In this document: positions 10,983 through 31,930 of the stretch, piece after piece | Numbering within the stretch: position 1 is the first letter of the stretch | Layout of the letters: each line of letters begins with the position of its first letter | From: an uncultured virus (IMG/VR IMGVR_UViG_3300023174_008090) | Lineage: Duplodnaviria; Heunggongvirae; Uroviricota; Caudoviricetes | Direction: 5' to 3' (one strand) | Length of the DNA: 56,355 nt | IMG/VR virus record: IMGVR_UViG_3300023174_008090 | Program-made: the position numbers and the translations under genes | Notes under the pieces: generated by a model | Databases searched by the model: none | What the model saw: only the letters and a program-made list of their open reading frames with translations | Told to the model about the DNA's origin: nothing

Positions 10983-13900
10983 GTGCCATATAACGTTTCA
11001 ATAATTTTACCAAACAATCTTACAAGTGGATATCTTCAATCTGAATTTATAAATTTGGGACAACCTTATTCCAGCAATTCATATTCTAAAGATCCTACAC
11101 TTGATAATAATAGAAATACTCTTACATTTAGTTTTGAAGTAAGAGATAGTGGCACCCGTGAAATAACATATTTAAGAAGAATAAAAACTCTTTATCTTTC
11201 AAATGACCCAGAATTTGATTCTACTTCAACCATAGCAATTTCTAACTGGCCTTCAAGCACTTATGTTTATGATCCGACATACGATTACGAATATACATTA
11301 AATCCATCATATTTCTTTGACAATACTCTAACTCAAGGAACTATGGCAACTCCTACAGCTGGGGGAACTGGATTATTTAAGGTATACAATTGGCCTTTAA
11401 GTGCTTCTGGTGGACTTGCTACAGTTTATATGAAGGCAATCCTTGAAGGCCCTAATGGGTCAGATATTGAGTATCCAATGGGATATGGTATTTTTGACCA
11501 AATCAGATGGGAAGGCGAAATTCCTGTCAATCCAGATTTTCCAGAAATACCAAGTGCAAAAAATGGATATGTTGGCAAGAATATATTACTTTCTTTTGTA
11601 AGCGGGAATCAAGTTGCAGCACAAACAGAATCTTCTGGAATTGGAAGATATATAGCTAGTGTGTATGAAATATCAAACACTGGTGGTACTTATGATGCTT
11701 ATTCTGCTCATAATAACGTCAAAAGAACACTTATTCCATCAGCATCTATAGCGTCTACAACTCTTACTACATACAGATATTATGATGGTAATTATTCTTC
11801 ATCATCACTTTCTTTAGGCGCAAATATTGGTCTTACAAGTGCTAGTTATGGAAAAGGTGCATTTTTCTATAGCAAAACTAAACTTACACCATCTACAAAT
11901 AAAACTGATTTTTACACACAGGCTGGATTCTCATTTACAACTTCTGGAATAGCTGTAACTTCCCAAGCATTTGTAAAACTTTATGCTGCTCCTGACACAA
12001 GTTCAAATGGCAATGAAATTGTTTGTAGGATTGATATTCCAAATAATTCTAATCCAACAGCATATCTTTACACCAGAATAAATGGTTCAGATAGCGCAAG
12101 TAAACAAACCACTACATTGCCTCATAGTGTGTTGCCATTATTACAATCTGGCGGTGTTATGGAAATGTATTACTCTTCAATGGGTACTACAAATCTTTGT
12201 ATGGTGGAAGCATATTACACACCATATTTAGATCAATCTGTAGCATCAAGAAAAAGTTATTTATTGGCAAATGCTATCTTGACATCTTTTGGTAGTTCAT
12301 CTGTCGGAAGTGCTTTTGGATATCAAATTTCGCAGGCTTCAGGAACATATTCTGGAGGCCTTGTAGTTGAAGAATTATTCTTAGCACAAGGAAAATCAAA
12401 ACTCTCTGTGGATATTGGCGACTGCACAAATGATGATATCGCAATTATTAATGCACCAGTAACAGAAATTGAATATGGTTGGAGTGATTCTGTCAATGAA
12501 GACTTTATTGTTCTTACTGATGCTCCTTCAGCTTTAACTTTCACCACATCGGTCACAACTAATCTGTATCAAATTAGTAAAATAGACAGCTCTAGCTCAT
12601 ATACTGTTCCAATACATTATGAAATGCAGTTATACAAACCATCTTTGAGCAATAGATGTAGATTTGAATTGGCTTTCAAACATGGTTCAGACGATGTATA
12701 TGTAGCTTTTAGTTCAGTTTCTTCATTTAGATCGCATACCCAAAATAATCTTACAGTCAATTGGGATAGGCCTTTTGGTGTAAGATGTGATGATGGTTTT
12801 GTTAATTCAGATGCCCCATTAAATGCCCCAACTATTTTGGTCAAATTTAGTGGAGAAAAGAATGAAATTTCTGTTTCTTATAGAGGCGAAGATAACAAAC
12901 TTAAGAGGCAGGTTCTAAGATCATATCAGCCTCAAGCAACAGTAACTAAATTCTTATTTGAAATAACAGACCAACTTCCTAATTCATACACTGGCAGATT
13001 CAAAAACAAAACTTACACTGGTACATATTTACTTGTCAAAGAATTAACTGGAAGTGGTATCAATGTTGTTGGCGTTGTCGATATGTTATTGCCAATTAAC
13101 TCTAACACTTCAGGATTAGGATATTTTGCTAGTTTTGGCGTAAGAAAAAGCTCATATAATTCTGATGGTTCAACATATTTCCAAGATTTGAAATGGTCTG
13201 GAATTCCTAATTTTTTCAAAGAACAATATGATAACGACAGTACTATCAAAACTACTCTATTATCAGATGAGGGGTTTACAAACTCAAAGCATTACTTAGG
13301 ACAAAAATTATTAAGTGGACTTACTGATCTCATTGATTATCAGTATGAAACAGCAAGTACTTTGCCTAAATTAACTCTGGATGCAACATATTATAGTTTT
13401 TCTGCTTTGCCAAATACACCAACATACTCATCAAATAGATTAAGTGCCGGAACTGCTGGTACTTTGGTCCTTAATAGTGGATATGTAACATCAACTTCAG
13501 ACTACATATTTGTTGCAGGACAGGCAACTACATCACAAAATGGTGTTTATTATCAATCTAGAGTTGGAACAGCTACAACAACTTGGCGATTAGATAGAGT
13601 TCCTGAAATGGATACAAGTGCAGAAGTATTTTTTGGCATGCTTGTCAGAATTCCAATGGATTACACCTTGGCAAGCACAAAATGGTATCTCACGACACCT
13701 GATCCAATTACTCTAGGTACTTCCAACTTAACATTTAGTGCAACACAACCTACTTCAGATCAAATATCTTTGGCAACAACTGGTTCAAATATTTCAATTG
13801 CAAATATTACTTCATTGACAGTTGACGGCACTGCACTTTCATCCCTAGCAGTTGGAAGTAAAATTCTTGTTAAAGATCAAATAGACAATACAGAGAATGG

Positions 13901-15334
13901 TATTTATATAAAGTCTGTTTCTGGTTTTGCTATTACTTCCACAGATTATGACGTACCTTTAAGAGTAACTGGTGGAACTATCAATGCCAACACTAATTGG
14001 TATAAATCCAACGTTACTTTTAATGGAAATTTGGTGGATAGATTTGTAAGTACAACATTCTTTAAATCCATAACTGTTGGAGAAATTTCTAGTTTTGTAT
14101 CCTCGACAAAACCAAAACTTTTTGAATTTAAATTACATTGGAATGGTTATGATAGATCTTTCCCATTAGAAGAATTGAAAATAAGATTCTTTAAGAATAT
14201 CGGTTCATTGCCAGATTACAGTAATCCATTAACATCTTGGAAATCTGTCTCTTACAATCCATTTGTGGCTGGGTTTACAAATAGTCCTAATAATAATTTA
14301 GTTCAAGTAAAATTTGATGACTCAGATTGGACAAATACTATAGCTCAATCTGATGTTATTTGGGTTGCTATCACTGTTCCATTTAATTCTGCATTGGGTA
14401 GAGCGAATGGTATTGAACTATCTGATGTTGATTTCATACAAAATGGTGAATTTTCAGGATATAGAAGAGCAAATAACTTATGGCATAAACTTCATGCAAG
14501 ATATGAAGAAAAAGCTAGAAATTCTACTCAAAATAATTCAATTCAATATAGAGTTAGAGCATTGTCTCATGGAAATATTTCAAGTTATCCAACAAAATTA
14601 AGTAGCCCATCTCAAGTGGATATTACGCCACCATTGTATTCTGGAGAAGCACCTAATATTTTGGTTGCTACAGAATCAACTTTGAGAATGGTCCAATTGT
14701 CAATACAAGCTGAAGATAATGAGTCTGGAATTCTTGCATTCAGAGTTGGCAAAGAAATAGATAATTCATTTATCAATTATACTCCTTGGCTTCCTTGGAG
14801 TAAGTTTATTGTTAATGATCAAAATTCATATTATTTATATCTTTATGGACATTTGAACTATTATGCTCTTGGTCCTCAAAATACAGCATTCGAAAATCAG
14901 AATATAGGGTTTTCTGGTCAAAGAAAAATCTGGGTCCAATTAATGGATTATATGGGCAATGTGTCTGAATCAAATCCATTAAGTTTTGTTGCCACATCAC
15001 AAGCATTAGTTGATACACAAGAACCTTACGGGACAGTATCTTTCTTTGATCCAAAAACAAATCAAGAAAATATTTTGTCAAACTTACCTGAATCTTGGAT
15101 GAAAATTGATGGCTTTGATTTAGTTACAGGAATAAAAGATTTTAAGATTAGAAGATTGCTTGATACTGGTAATGGAAGCTGGTCTGAATGGATACCTTAC
15201 TCTCCATATGTAAAGGTTGATTTTACAGGCGAAAGTGATGGAGTTAAGAAAGTCGAAATTAAATTTAGAGACTTTGGAAATAATATTACACAACCTGAAG
15301 TTAAGTGGAATGCAATTAGGAGACCAAAAGTATA

Positions 15335-15335
<1 letters not shown>
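10983..15335 (+). CDS. Large virion protein with two tail-fibre modules and C-terminal Ig-like domains
   Basis: 1450 aa, GTG start after GGTGG. Modules FVAGQATTSQNGVYY...RVPEMDTSAE and ILVKDQIDNTENGIY. Tandem Ig-like ends (DNESGI...KIWVQLMDYMGNVS; DLVTGI...WSEWIPY...DGVKKVEIKFRDFGNNIT). Confidence 0.7.
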
Positions 15336-23656
<8,321 letters not shown>

Positions 23657-23662
23657 GTAGTA

Positions 23663-26600
23663 ATGGCTAATCGTACATCATTTTACAAGTTTTTATATTC
23701 ACAATTTGGCGATATTTGGTATCCAGGTTATGACTATGAAAATATGCTTACAGCTGAATCTAACTTTTCAGGCATTTATTCTTTTTTTGGTCCTGGAATT
23801 ATAAATGGCTGGGATGTATCTAAATTAGCAGACAATAGATCTGATCAAATTTTACTTCTTGATGGATACAATACAAGCGCTACAAGCGAGTATGGACAGA
23901 AACTAACTTTACTTAATCTTGATTTTACTGTTTCTTGTAAAGCTGCCACCACATCCAATATAACCCTTACTGGCACACAAACTATTGATGGAGTTGCGGT
24001 TATTGCTGGTGATCTTGTATTAGTAAAGGATCAATCTACAGCAACACAAAATGGTGTTTATACTGTATCTTCTGGATCTTGGTCTAGACATTCTTCTTTA
24101 GATGCCACTTCTGATTATTCTAATAATTTTGTTGTCTATGTAAGTTCTGGATCAACAAATATAAAAACACTTTGGATTGGTGCAGTATCATCATCAAATT
24201 TCACTTTAGGCTCATCAAATCTTTATTTCCAAGATGCTTTCAAACAATGTATCAAAGTTAGTTCTGGCAATGGAATTATTGATAAATATGCTGCCAAAAC
24301 TGAAAAGCCACATTATTTCAGACAAACTATAGCAAATACTTTTTATGCTTGGGCTGAATCTGGAATTTCAACATTGTCAGATGAAATTTGTAATATCACA
24401 TTACCATCTCTTCCAGATTCAAAATACAACACATATTCAAATGCAGTATATTTAGCCACTGTAATTTACAAAGCAGACACTACATACACTGATTTTATTA
24501 CTGTTTCAGAAATAGTTCTTGAAGAAAGAAGAAATCAAATAAATGAATCATCTGGAGAATTTCAAAGACAATTACAACTATCTTATTTAAAACACAAACA
24601 TCTTGGTGAAATAAATACTGCAGCAAAAATAGATCTTGGAAATTATAAAGTATTAAATGCTTCTTCTAATGATGGTAGTACTAGTTATGACAACACTTCA
24701 ATATTTATATTAAAAAATTCTGACGGCACTTTATTTAGTGAAACCCTCTCTTCATACGGCACACCAATTGTAAAACTTGATGGAAATACACTTTCAATTC
24801 TTGATTACACAATAAGTTCATCAAGCCCATATAAAATTTATCTGAATCAAAGCATTAAGTCTACATCTAAACTCGAAGTGTACTTGCCATATGCTATTGA
24901 CAAAAATTTGATTGCAGTAAATAGTAATCAAAAATTATTATCTACAGCGCTTACATTTGATACATATATTAAATTAAGTGATGGAACTATTTACCAATAT
25001 ACTGATGCTTTAAATTTAACTACTGATCTTTACACTTTATTTGCATGGACTGAATTTCAATATGATACTGCTGAAGTTTATTTGGCAGAAACATTGATAG
25101 ATCCAACCCACTATACAATCAACCCTTATTCTGGTTGTATTTTGCTCAAGAATACAATTCCAAATTATGCTCAATACACTTTTCTTGATTTGTCTGTTGT
25201 AATAAAAGCACGTAAAATTGAAATCAAGAACAATGTCACTAATGACTACATCAAGAATTTATCTGCCAATAGCATATCTACAGGCAAAATTTCAATAAAT
25301 AATTTAAAGATCAATCATTACAGCGAGAATAGATACAAGCAATCTTTGACTTTCACTCCTGACAAGTACTTGACTACTGGGATTGGCAAGTCATATTTAT
25401 ATCCTCAAAACACAAATTCTTACATTCAGTACAACGACAACATCAGCGTTTTTTATAAAAGTGTAAACATTATCACTAGCTTGAATTTGATTTATGCTGC
25501 TTCGTCTAGAGGTTTGTTTAGTTTTAATTTAGGTAGCAATACAGCTCAAACAACTAACTGGCAAAATGATTATGGGAAAATTTTATCGCTTCAAGATAAT
25601 ATAATTTATCCAACAAATGAGAATTATTTTAAAAATGTTTATGCCTTTACTTCATTAGGTAAAGTTTATTACAAAAATACAAGTGATGTTTGGGAAGATT
25701 TGAAATTACCAACAGACGCTAGTGGAATTGCAAAAACATTAAATGGTTTAAAAATCTCTTCTGATAAATTAGCTGACGGAACATATCAAACCTATCAATA
25801 TGGTTTGACACCTAATAAAGCTTACTATGCAATCATTCCAGATAATACAGCATATCAAAACTGGGATTGGAATGAAATCTCTACCTTCTACAATTCTTCT
25901 GGTGTGGCAATAACAAATATTTACAATCTTTCTGGAATTGAAGAAGTATCAACGCAGAAGACTACATATGTTGCTGGTCAAACTGATGAAGTTACAATCC
26001 AAAGAGCATTGTATGTTGGAGCAATCGGTACAAGCACTAAAGGTTTGTATTATGGAGATTTTAGCCAATTATCTCAAATATTTAACGAGCCAGTAAAGGG
26101 AATTTATTGGATTAAAGATGGCACATACAAAAATAATATTATCTGGTGGAATGATTATCAGGCATTTATCACTCACACAGCAAAATATTATGAGAACGCA
26201 ACAGGTAAATATTGGGCTCTTCCATTCTCACAATCGACCACATCTTTCTCAAATGCTTTATGCGCAACTACAACAAATATTTCACTTACTGGAACACAAA
26301 CTATTGATGGTATTGCTGTCAGTGCTGGAAATATTGTTCTTGTTAAAAATCAAACTAATAAAGCAGAAAATGGAATTTATGTTGCATCCTCTGGAAGTTG
26401 GTCTAGATCTACCGAACTTGATGTAAATGCTGAATTTATAAATTGGAAAACAGTATATGTATCAAGCGGAACTATTAATGGCGACAGTACTTGGTATCTT
26501 GTAGTGGAAGATGCATTCAATTTTGGCACTTCTGATGTTGTTTGGGAAGTTCAAAGACTAAAGATTTATCAAAATTCAACACCTTCTGGGGCTGGTTCAA

Positions 26601-29600
26601 GTAGTGTTATTAATTGTGTTGTTCAAAGAAATTCAACAACATTCCCAGCAGATTACTTCATAGGGCATTCTAATGGTATAGCAAGAGTTCAAGAATCATC
26701 TTTAGGAACATCTGTAGCATATTCTGAACTTTTTTGGGAGCCTGTATTCCAAGGTTCAGCAAATACTCTTTATAGTTTTGATGATGGTAGTAATTTTGGC
26801 AAGTTATATGCTGGAACAAATAATGGTATCTTTGTCAGCACTGAATTATTGTGGCAAGATGTAAACGTATCTAGTACAGTTTCTTTGACATATAGATGGA
26901 AAAGACCTAATGATACATTCTCTGAAAATGAAACAGAATTTGCAGTATTTGATAAAGATTACTACCAAATCACTAATTTTACATTAAATTATCCTTATCA
27001 AATGGTGGCTATGGGGTCTTCTTATATTCCTGGCGATCAAGTTTACTACGAGAAAAGCTTTAACACTTTTACCACTGATCCTTGGAATGATACCCAAACT
27101 GATAGTACTAGACTTTTTACATATATTAATAATAAGCCAAGCACTATTCCATTTTATTCTAGTCCATCTGAAGGCAAAATTACTTTCACGCAGTCAGTAT
27201 CCAAGAGTGATATAGATTACGTAAAGATATCTATAGTAAATGATTTCCCAACAATTTCTGATGCTGGGACAAAGCCTCATTCTTCAACTTATGTGCCCCT
27301 ATATAAGACGAAAAACCCTATTGCTTTATTAGCGAAGGCAAACTCTAATACTGATACTAAAATCTACGTAAATCAAAGAATTAGTGATTATTCTTTGATA
27401 GAATTGAAGTCTGGAAATAAGTATGAGATAGCAGTGGTAAAGTCTATCGACAATACTTCTTTTCCAACTGAAATCACATTATCTGTAGCAAGACTTACAA
27501 GCACAACCACTTATGATGTTGGCACTGAAGTTTATGGAATTAAAAATGAGATTGTATCTGGATTAGAAGATGATTTATATCTTGCTATATCCAACCAAAC
27601 ATACAATATAGCTTCAGAAAACAATTCTAATATTCAAGAATTAGCAAGAAAAATCAAATCTTTAAATTCAACTATCTTTGATTTTACTGCACCAACAATT
27701 TCACAGACAGATACAAGAGGATTGAAAAATACATTACTAGTTGATAATTTTTCAAGTAATGCTAAATTTGATAGCTTGAATTCATCATATAAAAATAGAA
27801 CTGAACTCATCCCAACTTTAAATGATTTTGAAAGTGATCCAATTCAAGTGAAGGGTATTGTCAATCTTGCAAAAGATGGCACTGGAACAAGAATTATTAC
27901 AGAGAAGGGTGTTTGGAAATATACTGGATATTGGGAACTTGAAAGCACATTAGACAGTGCCTTTGATGCTAATTATATTGCTCTTGATCCAAATCTGAAT
28001 GTAATTGCTGGCGCTTCTAATGGTCTTTGGAAATATGATGGTTCTTGGACTAAACAAACCTCATCAGCAAGACAAAATGCTTATCTAAATGGTTTCTGGA
28101 ATGGCACTTTATTTGAAGCATTTGCAACAAGTGATGGATTAAGTGTCAAGTTAGGAACAACCAATTTCTTATCTGATTTCTTAAAACTTACTACTAATAA
28201 TGTAAATGGAATTTTCAAAGGTACATATATCAAGAATACTTCTGGAACTGTGTCTGAATACGAAAGTTTACATGCAGCAGGAGATGATGGTTATTATGTA
28301 ATGGGTTTTAGCACTCAATACTCAACATTTTCTTCATTCCTTGTTCCTAGAAAAATGTTTACTGCTGGCAATCCTGAAGGTGTTAGCAAATTTTACAAAT
28401 CTTTCCAAGCATATAGTGTTCCTTCATCAACAAAGAAAAACACATATGCAAATCCATTATTTATTCTTACAAATGATGGAATCTTAAAAGTAAGAAATTG
28501 GAAATATTCTTATCCAGATGATGTAAATTCTTCTGACTTTATTGTTGACAGTAGATATTTAAGAGGGCTCCATTGTTTCTCTTATGCTATTGATACTGAA
28601 GCAGCTTCTGGCAATATTCCTGGAAAATCAAAAATATACATTGGTACAAATGATGGGGTTTATAGATCTTTTGATGAAGGTAATACATTTGAAAGATCTG
28701 ATTATATAGGCACTCTTCCTACCTGTGTTTATGATCTTAAAATATTCTCTTCAACATTCAATTCTATTACTCAAAACGTTTTAATTGCTTGTACTAATAA
28801 TGGAATTTGGTATACACTTGATGATGGTGATTGCTGGTATAGAACTGGTGAAAACACTAGTGAAGGTTATAGCCCAGTTTTATTTGCATCAAAGCCTTCC
28901 AATGATATAAGATTTATAGCAAGTGATAGTGGATCTGTTGGCTACTTAGCTCAAACCTTTACTACATCATCAACAGCAAGCACAATATCAAAAGTATCTG
29001 CATTCTTGTCAATTAGAGAGCAAGACAATATTGCTAATTCTACTTACAATGACAGCTTAGCAAATACAACTTTGACTGCATATGTTTATTCTGTTGATAC
29101 TAATACAAAACCACAAACACAATTGGCTGCATCAAGTCCAATTACTTCTTCTAGTGTAAATGTCGGGGGTTTTACAAGTTTCAATCTTACAAGCACATTA
29201 GATATCCCAGGCACAGGATCAACAACTTTAGCCCTTGTTATCAAAGAAACTGCAAGCTCTGTTCCTTTATTTAAATGGAAAAAAGCATCTACAAGCAACC
29301 CATTTGCAGGTTTGGGATATTCAAGTTCAAATGCTATCTCTTGGTCTGGAATAAGCACAAGTTATGACTTCTTCTTCCAAGCACACTATGACAATGCATA
29401 TGCTCCAACAGAAACTATTGTTCCTGTTGGCAATTACAACAACACCGTAGTAAATTGGAATAGTGGTGTTGGCGTAGGTGTCACTGCGAAAAATGACGGT
29501 TATTTATATCTAGAGCCAAAATTTGTTATTTCTACTGTTTTTGATAATTCTGCTTCTATGCAAATGTCATCAGGATTTGTAAATGGTTTCAATAATCTTC

Positions 29601-31876
29601 TTACAAATATTCTCAATAGAACAAATCATCCTACATATGGCCAATTGTCTTATGTTGATTTATGGACTTTTGGCACTTCTGTAAGACACGAAACTGGTAA
29701 TGGATTTACAAACTCAGGAACAGCTATCACATCAATAATAAGTTCTTTGAAACTTGATGGTAAAATTAGTAATCTTTATGACTGTCTAGAATACGCTTTA
29801 ATAGGACAGCAACCAGCAGCAATACCCAATAATTCTATAGATACTAAACAAGAGATGGATTTATTGGCTAGTTCATACATTCCTCTAACATTTATTATTT
29901 CTGATGCTGACAATAATACAACAGTGTCTCTAAAAAGTATTGAAGACAATATAAATTATAGTTGGAATAATCGTGGCACAAAATTAGTTGCATTTGGCGT
30001 TGATGATAAGACAAATACTGGAAGCTTGAGACAATTAGTGCAAAATACAGATGGATTGTATTTTGACGCTTCTAGTTCTTATTGGTCAGGAATTTCCACT
30101 GCTATATTGCACGGTGGATCTAATACATTATTTGCTGGTTCTTGGGCTAGATCTGTAGAATTTGACACTCCTAAATTTATAAAATCAATTACTACAGCAT
30201 ACACAGTTTCTACAGGTCAAAGTGTAGATAGTTCTTGCACAGTTAAATACAAATATTCCACTGACAAGAAGAATTACAGCGATTGGATTACATTGACATC
30301 CTCATCAACTCTCAATAAAGAAATTACAAATTTAAGTTTCCAAATTGATATGACGGAAGGATGGAACAACGCTACAAGTCTTCCTGTATCTCCTTATGTC
30401 AGCCAATTGTATTACACAGAAGTATCTCCAGCTGTAAATTATTTGTTTACAACTGCCCTAACTTCCACAGATGATATTTTTGAATATATCCTTTCAACAG
30501 ACTATTCTGACACTGATAAGGCAAAATTAACTTGGGGTATATGTAAAGGAAACAGCACAAACTGGAATGATTATGAAGAATTAATCAAAAATAAAAATGG
30601 TGTAATTTCTTCAAGACAAAGATCATATAAATATACTAACGCTCTATTTTATGACAAGCTGACCTGCATCAAATCTGTAAACAATAATTTCACTTACTTT
30701 GTCTACAATGATAATGCTAGATTTACTTGGCTTCTTTCTGATACCGTTGAAGTTTATTTAAATTCTTCACTTGCTGCTTCTAATATTTACACAGTTGATA
30801 GTGTAAATGGAACTATCACTTTTAGACAAGAGGTACCTACAGGAAATATTGTTCAGGTATCAATTAGTAGAACTGGTTCACGATACGAAGCTTATGGAGA
30901 GGGAACTGTATCTACTGATTACAAGAACTATTATGCTGTAAATGGTAGATGGCCTGAAGATAGCAAAGTTGTTGTACTTGCCAATAATGAAATAGTTCGT
31001 GGCGGGTATAAATTAGACAGATATGATGGCAGAATTATATTTGATACCAATAAATCCTCAAGCGATATCGTTACTGTATTTATTCTTCAAGGTTCAACAT
31101 ATAGACTGGGATTGAAGGTAGAGACATATTCTTCTACTGCATCAACAACTTATAACTTTGAATTTACTAATAACACAGTACCAAATTCAAATGTTTATTC
31201 ACATTATTTAAATACCAATATTCCATCATTGAAAGCTGAAAGTTTGGTTTTAAATTCGGATGTTTCATATGCGTCTGTTGGATCTACAAAACAAATTGCA
31301 AGCGCTTCAAGAATGTATGTTGATTACAATTACACTTCTGATAATCAACAATACAAACCAAGAACAAGATGGTTTAGAACAAGAACATCTGGTGGCGGAA
31401 CAACTACCATAGAATTAGATTCAACTCCTAATTACAGAGATAGATTAGTCCAAAGAAAAGCAGATTTAAGTGCTGCAAATGGTTATTTTAATATTAATGA
31501 TTTAGTATATGTAACTCTTGAGCCTAATGATAATTTTGATTATGGAATTTCATACACCTCACAGCCAATTATTGTTAAGAGTTTATCTGCGCCTTATGTC
31601 TATGATGTTCAAATTAAGTCCACAAATACAATAACAGACAATAAAATATCTGCCAACAGTAATCTACAAGCATATTATAATTTCAATGGTTCTTCAGATC
31701 TTTCTACTATTGAATGGTATGAATGGACTAATGGAGTGTCAAATAAAATTGCTGAAGGTAGTCTATTAAATTCCGCAGTTGTTTTGAGAAATATGGCAAT
31801 TTCATTTATTGTCAAACCTTATGACGGAACTACTTATGGAACATCAATTGAAAGTCAAGTTCTTCATATTGTGTAA
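23663..31876 (+). CDS. Giant (2737 aa) tail fibre/adhesin with tail-fibre modules, BNR/Asp-box propeller and VWA domain
   Basis: Two copies of ATT.NI.LTGTQTIDG.AV.AG..VLVK.Q....NG.Y..SSGSWSR. Asp-box-like GVYRSFDEGNTF and GIWYTLDDGDCW. MIDAS-like VFDNSASM followed by FIISDAD. Also KHKHLG. Confidence 0.75.
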   Translation: MANRTSFYKFLYSQFGDIWYPGYDYENMLTAESNFSGIYSFFGPGIINGWDVSKLADNRSDQILLLDGYNTSATSEYGQKLTLLNLDFTVSCKAATTSNITLTGTQTIDGVAVIAGDLVLVKDQSTATQNGVYTVSSGSWSRHSSLDATSDYSNNFVVYVSSGSTNIKTLWIGAVSSSNFTLGSSNLYFQDAFKQCIKVSSGNGIIDKYAAKTEKPHYFRQTIANTFYAWAESGISTLSDEICNITLPSLPDSKYNTYSNAVYLATVIYKADTTYTDFITVSEIVLEERRNQINESSGEFQRQLQLSYLKHKHLGEINTAAKIDLGNYKVLNASSNDGSTSYDNTSIFILKNSDGTLFSETLSSYGTPIVKLDGNTLSILDYTISSSSPYKIYLNQSIKSTSKLEVYLPYAIDKNLIAVNSNQKLLSTALTFDTYIKLSDGTIYQYTDALNLTTDLYTLFAWTEFQYDTAEVYLAETLIDPTHYTINPYSGCILLKNTIPNYAQYTFLDLSVVIKARKIEIKNNVTNDYIKNLSANSISTGKISINNLKINHYSENRYKQSLTFTPDKYLTTGIGKSYLYPQNTNSYIQYNDNISVFYKSVNIITSLNLIYAASSRGLFSFNLGSNTAQTTNWQNDYGKILSLQDNIIYPTNENYFKNVYAFTSLGKVYYKNTSDVWEDLKLPTDASGIAKTLNGLKISSDKLADGTYQTYQYGLTPNKAYYAIIPDNTAYQNWDWNEISTFYNSSGVAITNIYNLSGIEEVSTQKTTYVAGQTDEVTIQRALYVGAIGTSTKGLYYGDFSQLSQIFNEPVKGIYWIKDGTYKNNIIWWNDYQAFITHTAKYYENATGKYWALPFSQSTTSFSNALCATTTNISLTGTQTIDGIAVSAGNIVLVKNQTNKAENGIYVASSGSWSRSTELDVNAEFINWKTVYVSSGTINGDSTWYLVVEDAFNFGTSDVVWEVQRLKIYQNSTPSGAGSSSVINCVVQRNSTTFPADYFIGHSNGIARVQESSLGTSVAYSELFWEPVFQGSANTLYSFDDGSNFGKLYAGTNNGIFVSTELLWQDVNVSSTVSLTYRWKRPNDTFSENETEFAVFDKDYYQITNFTLNYPYQMVAMGSSYIPGDQVYYEKSFNTFTTDPWNDTQTDSTRLFTYINNKPSTIPFYSSPSEGKITFTQSVSKSDIDYVKISIVNDFPTISDAGTKPHSSTYVPLYKTKNPIALLAKANSNTDTKIYVNQRISDYSLIELKSGNKYEIAVVKSIDNTSFPTEITLSVARLTSTTTYDVGTEVYGIKNEIVSGLEDDLYLAISNQTYNIASENNSNIQELARKIKSLNSTIFDFTAPTISQTDTRGLKNTLLVDNFSSNAKFDSLNSSYKNRTELIPTLNDFESDPIQVKGIVNLAKDGTGTRIITEKGVWKYTGYWELESTLDSAFDANYIALDPNLNVIAGASNGLWKYDGSWTKQTSSARQNAYLNGFWNGTLFEAFATSDGLSVKLGTTNFLSDFLKLTTNNVNGIFKGTYIKNTSGTVSEYESLHAAGDDGYYVMGFSTQYSTFSSFLVPRKMFTAGNPEGVSKFYKSFQAYSVPSSTKKNTYANPLFILTNDGILKVRNWKYSYPDDVNSSDFIVDSRYLRGLHCFSYAIDTEAASGNIPGKSKIYIGTNDGVYRSFDEGNTFERSDYIGTLPTCVYDLKIFSSTFNSITQNVLIACTNNGIWYTLDDGDCWYRTGENTSEGYSPVLFASKPSNDIRFIASDSGSVGYLAQTFTTSSTASTISKVSAFLSIREQDNIANSTYNDSLANTTLTAYVYSVDTNTKPQTQLAASSPITSSSVNVGGFTSFNLTSTLDIPGTGSTTLALVIKETASSVPLFKWKKASTSNPFAGLGYSSSNAISWSGISTSYDFFFQAHYDNAYAPTETIVPVGNYNNTVVNWNSGVGVGVTAKNDGYLYLEPKFVISTVFDNSASMQMSSGFVNGFNNLLTNILNRTNHPTYGQLSYVDLWTFGTSVRHETGNGFTNSGTAITSIISSLKLDGKISNLYDCLEYALIGQQPAAIPNNSIDTKQEMDLLASSYIPLTFIISDADNNTTVSLKSIEDNINYSWNNRGTKLVAFGVDDKTNTGSLRQLVQNTDGLYFDASSSYWSGISTAILHGGSNTLFAGSWARSVEFDTPKFIKSITTAYTVSTGQSVDSSCTVKYKYSTDKKNYSDWITLTSSSTLNKEITNLSFQIDMTEGWNNATSLPVSPYVSQLYYTEVSPAVNYLFTTALTSTDDIFEYILSTDYSDTDKAKLTWGICKGNSTNWNDYEELIKNKNGVISSRQRSYKYTNALFYDKLTCIKSVNNNFTYFVYNDNARFTWLLSDTVEVYLNSSLAASNIYTVDSVNGTITFRQEVPTGNIVQVSISRTGSRYEAYGEGTVSTDYKNYYAVNGRWPEDSKVVVLANNEIVRGGYKLDRYDGRIIFDTNKSSSDIVTVFILQGSTYRLGLKVETYSSTASTTYNFEFTNNTVPNSNVYSHYLNTNIPSLKAESLVLNSDVSYASVGSTKQIASASRMYVDYNYTSDNQQYKPRTRWFRTRTSGGGTTTIELDSTPNYRDRLVQRKADLSAANGYFNINDLVYVTLEPNDNFDYGISYTSQPIIVKSLSAPYVYDVQIKSTNTITDNKISANSNLQAYYNFNGSSDLSTIEWYEWTNGVSNKIAEGSLLNSAVVLRNMAISFIVKPYDGTTYGTSIESQVLHIV

Positions 31877-31904
31877 AGGAATTGGGAAAAATATATAACG
31901 AATA
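31877..31904 (+). promoter_or_regulatory. Putative phage late promoter AGG-N20-GAATA
   Basis: TAAAGG...CGAATAATA upstream of the protease trio. Confidence 0.5.
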
Positions 31905-31930
31905 ATATAACTTGTATTGAGGTGAAAAAA

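Noticed and set aside
23940..26410. Two similar DNA segments (about 23940-24090 and 26263-26410) as a DGR template/variable repeat pair
   Set aside because: Both are in-frame internal copies in one gene, the differences are not adenine-specific, and no reverse transcriptase is present.
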